From Candidatus Bathyarchaeum tardum (lineage in GTDB: Archaea > Thermoproteota > Bathyarchaeia > Bathyarchaeales > Bathyarchaeaceae), in contig CP122380.1 of assembly GCA_024650005.2 (NCBI GenBank), forward strand, positions 608,001 through 672,000: 64,000 nt of DNA, read 5' to 3'. The position numbers and the translations under genes are program-made. Positions 57,070 through 64,000 of this stretch are shown here, piece by piece. The number at the start of each line of letters is the position of its first letter. The stretch's first letter is position 1. The notes under the pieces were generated by a model that did no database searches, had not been told where the DNA came from, and was given only the letters and a program-made list of their open reading frames with translations.

Positions 57070-57669
57070 CTAAATCATTACGTTTTCTAAGAATGCCCAA
57101 ATTACTGAATCATATCTTGAAGTTTCTTTGAACGCCTCAACCGCCAAAACTCTTCGGGTTTCAACAGTAACGTCACCCTTATGTTTGTATTCGTCCAGAA
57201 TCTGGCTGTATCTATCGGGATTAACAACCACAATCACGTTCTCAAAATTTTTGGCCGCTGCTCTAATCATGGTTACCCCGCCAACGTCAATATTTTCTAA
57301 TGCAGTTTTAATGTCTGCTCCTTTTTTTGTTACTTCTTCAAAGGGATACAAATTACAAACAACCAAATCAACCGTGTCTATCTTGAACTTCTTTAAGTCG
57401 TTCATGTGCTTTTTGTTGTTTCTAACTGCTAGTATGCCTGCCAACATTTTTGGGTGTAATGTTTTAATTCTTCCTTCAAGTATCTCTGGGAAATCAGTTA
57501 CGTCAGAAATGTGTTTGACGTTTTGTATCCCATTTTCTTTTAGGATTTTTAGTGTTCCATCTGTAGAAATAATTACAAATCCTAGTTTGTTGAGTTCTTT
57601 AACGAAATCAACTATTCCTGTTTTGTTGTGAACGGAAATCAGGGCAAGTTTCATGTTGGTTAGCTCCAA
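57070..57669 (-). CDS. Stand-alone IMP cyclohydrolase (PurH N-terminal domain)
   Basis: ALISV..KTG, GRIKTLHP, NLYPF and ENIDVGG.TMIRAAAKN; no transformylase domain. Confidence 0.9.
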   Translation of the reverse strand: MELTNMKLALISVHNKTGIVDFVKELNKLGFVIISTDGTLKILKENGIQNVKHISDVTDFPEILEGRIKTLHPKMLAGILAVRNNKKHMNDLKKFKIDTVDLVVCNLYPFEEVTKKGADIKTALENIDVGGVTMIRAAAKNFENVIVVVNPDRYSQILDEYKHKGDVTVETRRVLAVEAFKETSRYDSVIWAFLENVMI

Positions 57670-57845
57670 TTAACTATTTTTGTATGTTTTTAATGAAACA
57701 AAAACTTTTCAATCCTAATTTTATGCCAAAAATTAAAAAGGTAAACACCATAACAAAGAATGGAAACAGGTTCAATATTATGAATCTGATTCCAAAAAAT
57801 AAGACCAAGTAGTAAACTAAACAAATAAAAAATGGAGGTGTCTAC

Positions 57846-58121
57846 CTGTCAAAAGATCCAAATACAATCTATGTTGGAACAAAACCCGCAATGAGCTATG
57901 TTCTGGCTGTAATTACCCACTTCAACGAATCTAACACCAAAATTGTCAACTTGAAGGCTAGAGGTAAAGCAATAACCACCGCTATCGATGTTGTAGAAAT
58001 TGTTCGACGAAAATTCATGAAAGACCTAAAAGTTGAACAAATTGAAATTGGAACCGAAGAACTACAACGCGAAGATGGAACAAGAAATGTTTCAACAATT
58101 GAAATAAACTTGAAACGCTGA
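57846..58121 (+). CDS. albA: Alba chromatin protein, probable CTG start
   Basis: IYVGTKP.MSYV, KARG.AI..AIDV and VSTIEI motifs. The conserved N-terminus needs a start upstream of ATG 57891; CTG follows GGAGGTG. Confidence 0.92.
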   Translation: MSKDPNTIYVGTKPAMSYVLAVITHFNESNTKIVNLKARGKAITTAIDVVEIVRRKFMKDLKVEQIEIGTEELQREDGTRNVSTIEINLKR

Positions 58122-58189
58122 ACCTACGGAAAGCTTTTACTCTTAAGAAAATCCCTTTGTTTTTGTAACTCTTTTTTCTATTTTATTAT

Positions 58190-58684
58190 TTAGAAGCCAT
58201 CTTCTCGCAGGTAATAGTCATCCCCTTTTTTTGCTCCAAAACTTCTTACACCTTTAGATTTGAGTTGTTTTAGAAGTTTTGCAGCATAATCTGGACTAAT
58301 TTCTTGCCTTTTTTTCATATAGCAAATTATTTCTTCTGCTTGTTGGGTCGTGTCGCATCTCCGCAAAAAATCAATTGCATCTGGGTTGTATCCATTGAAT
58401 TTTTGTGCAACAGCTTTCTCTGCAGTAGGAACATCAGAACGAACCGAATTTATCTTTGTTTTACAGCTGTCCTTTGACATTTCTTCTGCTTGTTGGGTCG
58501 TGTCGCATCTCCGCAAAAAATCAATTGCATCTGGGTTGTATCCATTGAATTTTTGTGCAACAGCTTTCTCTGCAGTAGGAACATCAGAACGAACCGAATT
58601 TATCTTTGTTTTACAGCTGTCCTTTGACATTTCTTCTGCTAAACTTGGGAACATTTTCTCAAATTTTTCTTTTTTTAGCTTCAA
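58190..58684 (-). CDS. DUF2095 family protein with an internal 50-aa duplication
   Basis: FP.LAEE, GYNP..IDFLRRC.T and GVRSFG.K motifs. Confidence 0.8.
   Translation of the reverse strand: MKLKKEKFEKMFPSLAEEMSKDSCKTKINSVRSDVPTAEKAVAQKFNGYNPDAIDFLRRCDTTQQAEEMSKDSCKTKINSVRSDVPTAEKAVAQKFNGYNPDAIDFLRRCDTTQQAEEIICYMKKRQEISPDYAAKLLKQLKSKGVRSFGAKKGDDYYLREDGF
58329..58640. repeat. Exact 150-bp tandem duplication with 12-bp microhomology ATTTCTTCTGCT
   Basis: 58331-58480 is identical to 58481-58630. Confidence 0.95.
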
Positions 58685-58754
58685 CTTTAGGACTTACTCC
58701 TTTGATACAACGATTTCCTTTGTAACTGAACAAATATTTAAACAGTAATCTGTC

Positions 58755-59375
58755 TCAAAGGGGAACAAACTTTTGGCAGGGGCTATTTTCCAAAACTTTA
58801 GTAAGCTGTTTCAAATTTAGCCCTGTTTTCATGTCTCCGTATGTTTCACACCTTTGTGTTTTTCCCAAATTTTCTTGACTGCAAACAACAATTTCTGCAG
58901 TATCTCCCGACTCCAAAACAACTTGGATATGAACCGAAGAGGTTTTGGATCCTTCTTTAGTTACTGAACGTCGCTCAGACCTTATTATTTTGTAACTGTG
59001 TTTCTGGAGCTGTTCCAGAACCTCTTTATGATCGTGAGCAAAAACATGCACATCAATGTCGCTGTTTTTTCGGGCTGTGCCTCTCCATACACTTCCAACG
59101 AGTAATGGATTAAAATCAGCTAATGCTTCCATGATTTGTTTTGCTTCTTTTCGCATTCTTAAAATCAGTTCTTTTCTTTGAGGTCCCTCGTTTTCTTCCG
59201 CGATTATGTCAAGTTCCTTTGCGACTTCTAAGTTGCTGGGCAACATTCTTATTCCCAACGTTGCAGACGCTCGCTGTTTTGCTTGCTTGTACTCTTTTTC
59301 TTGAGACGTATACAAAAGTAAAGCGGCTTCTTGGGCAACTCTGTTTCTCAGCATTTTTGTGCGATTGCCCTTCAA
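58755..59375 (-). CDS. Pol-beta-type nucleotidyltransferase domain protein
   Basis: EY.QAK and LVGSVWRG....SDIDV motifs. Confidence 0.85.
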   Translation of the reverse strand: MKGNRTKMLRNRVAQEAALLLYTSQEKEYKQAKQRASATLGIRMLPSNLEVAKELDIIAEENEGPQRKELILRMRKEAKQIMEALADFNPLLVGSVWRGTARKNSDIDVHVFAHDHKEVLEQLQKHSYKIIRSERRSVTKEGSKTSSVHIQVVLESGDTAEIVVCSQENLGKTQRCETYGDMKTGLNLKQLTKVLENSPCQKFVPL

Positions 59376-59510
59376 AATTATTCCTCAACGTTTAATATGT
59401 GACTAGACTTTTGGATGTTGCCCTAAGTGTAACAATAATTAAAAAAAAGATAATAAAACTAAGATATAGTCTAAATGTTGATTATTTTTTCAAAAAAGAT
59501 TGTCCAACAA

Positions 59511-59783
59511 TTAAATGTTTGGTTTTGGCGTGACAGATGTTTCAAAGAGTTCTTTTAGTTCGTTCCATTTTGCAACAAATTCTCTTCCTTTTGTTGTTGC
59601 AGCATACTTTGTTGATTCGTTTTTGATTTCTAGCAGTCCATGTTCTTGCATGTAAGCTAGGTAATGCTGAAGCATCTTCCACGACAGGTTTGTGCCATAC
59701 ATTATTCTGGTCTTGCTTTGTGCTTTTGAACACAGGCAAAGAATCTCTGCTATGATTTCCACCCTGTCGCGTTTACTTCCCAT
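59511..59783 (-). CDS. Archaeal wHTH regulator
   Basis: RDR.EII.EIL, KT.IMY..NLS and Y..T.KG motifs. Confidence 0.88.
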   Translation of the reverse strand: MGSKRDRVEIIAEILCLCSKAQSKTRIMYGTNLSWKMLQHYLAYMQEHGLLEIKNESTKYAATTKGREFVAKWNELKELFETSVTPKPNI

Positions 59784-59929
59784 CGCAATCCCAAGAACAT
59801 ACTACCTTTGTTAATGAACTGTTTTTAATGTATCTATTTTGTATTACTGTGCAACACATTATTTACAAATTTACAGCTTATGGTAGTAATATTTATCCAA
59901 ATAAAACAACAAAATTAATCAAATATTGA

Positions 59930-60226
59930 TTATAGCGGCTTCCATATGCATGAAATAGCGTTTTTTTTACATGATTTAATACATGGCATGCTGTTTTCTT
60001 CAGGTTTGCACGGGGAACAAGTGTATCGGATTTTTTTGCGATGATCTTCTGTTACTGCAGCTACCGGTTTGTCTTCTAAGTCAATGAACATATCTTCCAT
60101 TTGCAGAGCTTCTTGAGGGCATGCGCTGATGCATTCGCCGCAGCTGTTGCATTTTTCGGCGTCAATAACTATGTAATATTCCCCAGAGCCGTCCGTATAA
60201 CCATAGTATGTTATTACTTTAATCAC
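59930..60226 (-). CDS. 4Fe-4S ferredoxin (BzdM-like)
   Basis: YGY.DGSGEY, CxxCxxCxxxCP, HRKKIRY.C.PC. Confidence 0.8.
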   Translation of the reverse strand: MIKVITYYGYTDGSGEYYIVIDAEKCNSCGECISACPQEALQMEDMFIDLEDKPVAAVTEDHRKKIRYTCSPCKPEENSMPCIKSCKKNAISCIWKPL

Positions 60227-60227
60227 C

Positions 60228-61130
60228 TTATTGTTTCAAGGATTTTTCGTACAATGCTTTAGCAAACAAAGCTGCTCCAATAGCGCCTGCAGATACGGGA
60301 TCTAGTCCAGTTTCTTTAAGGTTTGGAACTGGTAACCGTTTTACGCCTAGAATATTTTCTACTCTTTTTACGATTCCAATGTTTTTGGATTGGCCGCCAG
60401 TGATTACGAAATCTTTTTCACAGCCAACTTTTTCGATGAGATCACTCATCCTGATTGCCATGGCTCTGACGTATGCTGCTATTACTTTTTCTTTGGTCCA
60501 GCCTTTTCTGAGCAGCCCGACTGCTTCAGTTTTTGCGAAAACTACGCATGTGCTACTTACTGGTTCAGGTTCTTCATTTACACTTAAGGATTCTTTGCCT
60601 ACGTCTTCAATCGGAATTTTTAGTAGGTCGGCTATGACTTCCATTCCTCGTCCGGTGCCTGCAGCGCATTTGTCGTTCATTAAAAAGCTGACGACTTTTC
60701 CGTTTTCATCAATTTTGATGGCTTTGACGTCTTGTCCACCGACGTCCAGAACGGTTCTGACTGTTGGTCCCCATATGTAGTTGGCACCTTTGGCGTGACA
60801 TGCAATTTCTGTGATAGCACGGTTAGCCATAGGAACATTTACTCTGCCGTAGCCTGTTCCCACAATATAATGGAAATCCTCAAGGGTTAATCCAGTGTCT
60901 TCCATGGCCCATCCGAGAGCTTTTTTAGCACTGTCTGAACTGTTGGAGCCCGTGCGCATAACACTCCATGCGTAAATTTCTCCATCCAACATGATTACTG
61001 CTTTTGATCCAACGGATCCAACGTCGACTCCTGCGGTTATTATTTTAGCTTTTTTCCAGTCTTTGTTGGGCATTACTTTTTTGTATTCCAGCCATCGCCA
61101 GTATTCGGTTTTTTCGTTGTTGTTTGTCAT
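60228..61130 (-). CDS. Benzoyl-CoA reductase BzdQ-like ATPase subunit
   Basis: EYWRW.E N-terminal extension; GVDVGS, GTGYGR, EIACH, DVGGQD and NDKCAAGTG motifs. Confidence 0.8.
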   Translation of the reverse strand: MTNNNEKTEYWRWLEYKKVMPNKDWKKAKIITAGVDVGSVGSKAVIMLDGEIYAWSVMRTGSNSSDSAKKALGWAMEDTGLTLEDFHYIVGTGYGRVNVPMANRAITEIACHAKGANYIWGPTVRTVLDVGGQDVKAIKIDENGKVVSFLMNDKCAAGTGRGMEVIADLLKIPIEDVGKESLSVNEEPEPVSSTCVVFAKTEAVGLLRKGWTKEKVIAAYVRAMAIRMSDLIEKVGCEKDFVITGGQSKNIGIVKRVENILGVKRLPVPNLKETGLDPVSAGAIGAALFAKALYEKSLKQ

Positions 61131-61918
61131 TGTCTTCTGCTCCGTTTAGCTTTTCGTGCGGCAACTAACGCAGCTCCAATTGCCCCTGCATAAATAGGTT
61201 CTTTTGGAATAAGTATCTCGATTCCTAGGCGCCGTTTAAGTGAAGTAACAAAACCGACATCTTTTGCTACTCCCCCAACCAGAACTACGTCAGGGTTTAT
61301 TCCTAACCGTTTTACCATTGAAGAAACTCTTTCTGCCATTGCATCAAATATTGCTCGGGCAATTTCGGTTTTTGGTTCTTCTCGGTGAATCAAAGAAACG
61401 ACGTCTGATTCTGCAAAAATTACACAACTTGCGTTTATTGGGCTTGCTCGTTCTGCATGTAATGACAAGGCGCCCATGTCTTCCAGTTCAACTTCTAAAG
61501 CTCGTGCCATGGCTTCTATGAAGGTTCCTGCTCCTGCTGCACATCGGGCGTTTACGATAAAGTCTTGCATTATTCCATATTCGTCACATTTTACTGCACG
61601 GGCATCTTCTGCACCTACATCGATTACTGTTCGGGCTGAACTGAAAAAATATGTTCCTGCCTTGGCGTCTGCTCCCATCATGCTAACTGTGCTGTCAGCA
61701 AAGGTTGCCATGTCCACTCCTGCTCCCGTGGCTGTTATATGTTCAATTTCGTCTCGGGAAATGCTGGCATCTTTTAGTGCCTCTTCAAGGGCTTTTTCAG
61801 CAGCTTTTATGGGTTCAAATCCAACAAATTCTTGCGCCTTTCCTATGACCTGCTTGTCTTTTATAATCGCTACTTTTACCCTTTGGGTGCCCATGTCTAC
61901 TCCGGCAGAAACTACCAC
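61127..61918 (-). CDS. BzdP-like / acyl-CoA dehydratase activase subunit
   Basis: GVDMG, ATGAG, DVGAE, CAAGAG and CVIFAES motifs. Confidence 0.8.
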   Translation of the reverse strand: MVVSAGVDMGTQRVKVAIIKDKQVIGKAQEFVGFEPIKAAEKALEEALKDASISRDEIEHITATGAGVDMATFADSTVSMMGADAKAGTYFFSSARTVIDVGAEDARAVKCDEYGIMQDFIVNARCAAGAGTFIEAMARALEVELEDMGALSLHAERASPINASCVIFAESDVVSLIHREEPKTEIARAIFDAMAERVSSMVKRLGINPDVVLVGGVAKDVGFVTSLKRRLGIEILIPKEPIYAGAIGAALVAARKAKRSRRQ

Positions 61919-61932
61919 TTTTTGCTCTCCTC

Positions 61933-63282
61933 TTATATGTCCATTCGTGCTTCCAGCATTTCAAGAAATGCTTCAACACGTGTTTTCATTTGTCCCACAT
62001 CTTCGCGGGTGTATTCTGTGTCAAGGTAATACACAGGTATATTCATTTTGTCAAGAACCCGTTTGATTCGTTGATATTCCATGGCGTATAAAATGCAGCC
62101 TCGAACAACGTAGTAGATTACGCCGTCAACTTTGTATTCTTTTATTCTGTCAATTATCCAGTTGATGCGGTCTTCATTTCCATGTTCTGAAGTAAAACAA
62201 GGACAAGTACAAGCCATCAAATAACGCTCACTGATGGCATCAAGCATGTCACTCATGGTCCATTCGTCTACACCGACGGGATCGTATAATATTCTGTCAC
62301 CTGAACATTGCTCGTCAACTACAACTAATCCTTGAGGGTTCGATTCCTCAATCAAGTTAGGAACCTTCCAGCTGTCTGGCCAAATCATAGGCGTTCCAGT
62401 AAGCATAACCCGAGGAGTATCTGGGTAAGTTGAATGTTCCTTTTGTTCGACCCTTTTTTCTAGTTCGTCACAAAGTTCGTTTACTTTTTGGGTCCATCGT
62501 TCGACGTCATCCCAAAGGCTTGTTTGGTTCACCAGCATGGCGTCTCTTCCGTTAATTACTGGGTTGCCTTTGCGCAGGTCTTGGAGTCTGCGGAATGCTT
62601 TGGTTGCTTGTTGCATTTTTTCGATGGCTTCTTTCAGGTTTTTTCTGGTAATCTTATTTCCGGTTAGCTTTTCGATTTTTTCTTTGATTACCATAATTTC
62701 TTGTTTCCACATGCCCAAGGTGTGGGGGTCATCTTTTACTCGAGGTGGATTCATGTGCCAGATTGGTTTGTAGTCAGCTAAAATTTCGCTGAGTTTGGTT
62801 CTGCCGTCACAAGTAAGGGGCATAACAATGGCGTCGCTAAGTTCCAAAAAAGGTGATAAACTGACCATTTTTGCTCCCACTGTGGAGCGGATAACTGGGC
62901 AAATTTCTACTGGCATGATTCTGTCGCCTAGTTTGGCGGTGTCGTACCATCCTGAGCCTACGCGAACAGGAATAGCATCTGCTGCTAGAATCATTTCTAT
63001 TGGTGCAAAAATGCAGGAGTATCCGACGACTTTTTTTCCTGCTGTTTTTTGTTGTTTGATTTCTTCTTGGCGTTTTCCGAAAAGGTTTGAGATTTCATCG
63101 AAATATTCCATGGCTTGCGGTCGGTTTTTCCATGCTTTTTTCATTCTTTCGATGTTGTCCTCTATTACCTTCAGGGATGCTGTTTTGATTGACTTGTTCA
63201 AGTCATCGATTTCGGTTTGAGCCATTTCGGGGATGTATTTTGTTCCTTTTTCGATTTCACTTGCCATTTGGTTTTTCCTCAC
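61933..63282 (-). CDS. 2-hydroxyacyl-CoA dehydratase-family / double-cubane-type reductase subunit
   Basis: C.F.P.E, CP, TCD, C..R, C.CF, DGVI, C..Y and Q..TRVEAF.E motifs. Confidence 0.8.
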   Translation of the reverse strand: MRKNQMASEIEKGTKYIPEMAQTEIDDLNKSIKTASLKVIEDNIERMKKAWKNRPQAMEYFDEISNLFGKRQEEIKQQKTAGKKVVGYSCIFAPIEMILAADAIPVRVGSGWYDTAKLGDRIMPVEICPVIRSTVGAKMVSLSPFLELSDAIVMPLTCDGRTKLSEILADYKPIWHMNPPRVKDDPHTLGMWKQEIMVIKEKIEKLTGNKITRKNLKEAIEKMQQATKAFRRLQDLRKGNPVINGRDAMLVNQTSLWDDVERWTQKVNELCDELEKRVEQKEHSTYPDTPRVMLTGTPMIWPDSWKVPNLIEESNPQGLVVVDEQCSGDRILYDPVGVDEWTMSDMLDAISERYLMACTCPCFTSEHGNEDRINWIIDRIKEYKVDGVIYYVVRGCILYAMEYQRIKRVLDKMNIPVYYLDTEYTREDVGQMKTRVEAFLEMLEARMDI

Positions 63283-64000
63283 TCTTCTTCATTTAGCCAA
63301 TTTTTGGATTTGTATATGGGCTTGCCTGCAAATTCTACGTTCAAGCAGCCTTCGTATGGGCACATTTCTACACATCGGAAGCATAGGATGCACGACGAAA
63401 CGGTTACGTCGCCTCCTTTGTCTTCGTAGACTTCAGTAACCTGTGGAGGACACACCCTTTTACATATGCCGCATTTTGTGCATTTTTCTTCTACTTTGGT
63501 TAATTTGATTAATGAAATTTTCTTAAAAGGACCAAATCTGCTAAATAACGCAATCAATCCGCCTAATGGACAAATTCGACACCATAACCGTCGTATCATA
63601 AATGAGCCAACAGTTACTACACCCAGTATTACTATGTTAATTGAAGTAAGATACCAGCCCGTAAGGGCAAAATCCCCAATAGTTTGGGAAAGCATGTAAT
63701 CTACATCCATGAATCCTAGCGCGCCTTCAACAAGAACAAACAACGGTTTAGCTGGGCAAATTTGGCAGAACGGTATCTCAAGGTATCTGCCTAGTTCTGA
63801 TTCTGAAATAAGTTCTACCCCTGCGATGGCTCGCATGCCTAACAGAAAACTCAAGATCAGAAAAGCTGCAATAATCAGGTATCGTGCTTGCCGTAGTCCT
63901 TCGTTTACTCTGTCTGAGAGTGTCCAATGCCTAATTTTTAGGGCTTTTCGTAAACGGGTGAGCAAATCCATATACAATCCGAAGGGGCATATCCATCCAC
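63279..64000 (-). CDS. NapH/MauN-type membrane polyferredoxin (5'-truncated by the window)
   Basis: GWICPFG, FCQICP, WCRICPLG and two CxxCxxCxxxCP motifs. Confidence 0.85.
   Translation of the reverse strand, partial: GWICPFGLYMDLLTRLRKALKIRHWTLSDRVNEGLRQARYLIIAAFLILSFLLGMRAIAGVELISESELGRYLEIPFCQICPAKPLFVLVEGALGFMDVDYMLSQTIGDFALTGWYLTSINIVILGVVTVGSFMIRRLWCRICPLGGLIALFSRFGPFKKISLIKLTKVEEKCTKCGICKRVCPPQVTEVYEDKGGDVTVSSCILCFRCVEMCPYEGCLNVEFAGKPIYKSKNWLNEEE

Noticed and set aside
1380-63699. Many short antisense or overlapping track ORFs (e.g. 1380-1817, 19540-19938, 39550-40095, 57128-57631, 61476-62066)
   Set aside because: They are shadow frames of well-supported genes and carry no motifs of their own.

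Overview
Archaeal chromosome segment (aRF1, Alba, TBP, DUF2095, archaeal ValS). The gene families suggest Bathyarchaeia, which is an inference. 1-11 kb: host ion-transport and glycogen genes. ~11.0-11.5 kb: a decayed relic joining portal, terS and terL fragments of a related virus. ~12.27-46.44 kb: an apparently near-complete ~34 kb HK97-fold, siphovirus-like provirus. It is bounded by a candidate 13-bp att repeat and ends in a Zn-ribbon tyrosine integrase just upstream of valS. Unusual traits of the provirus: an inverted portal gene; a divergent TATA-binding protein; an AT-rich PLD-SNF2 helicase/N6-MTase/PUA defence cassette; a restriction-nuclease moron; a six-hairpin glycosidase-like barrel fused to the head-closure protein; a very short tape measure; ATA start codons; a -1 frameshifted tail chaperone; an ABC-ATPase-GNAT gene overlapping terL; a cas1 pseudogene with no CRISPR array; and a HEPN plus membrane-protein pair. 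46.5-64 kb: host genes (valS, aRF1, PfkB kinase, a cluster of small Zn-finger/TRAM proteins, superoxide reductase, RNase J-like MBL, PurH-N, Alba, and Bzd-like ATP-dependent reductase genes). The supplied ORF track labels 7426..8670 as +, but that protein is encoded on the - strand. All family calls come from motif recognition by eye; no searches were run.
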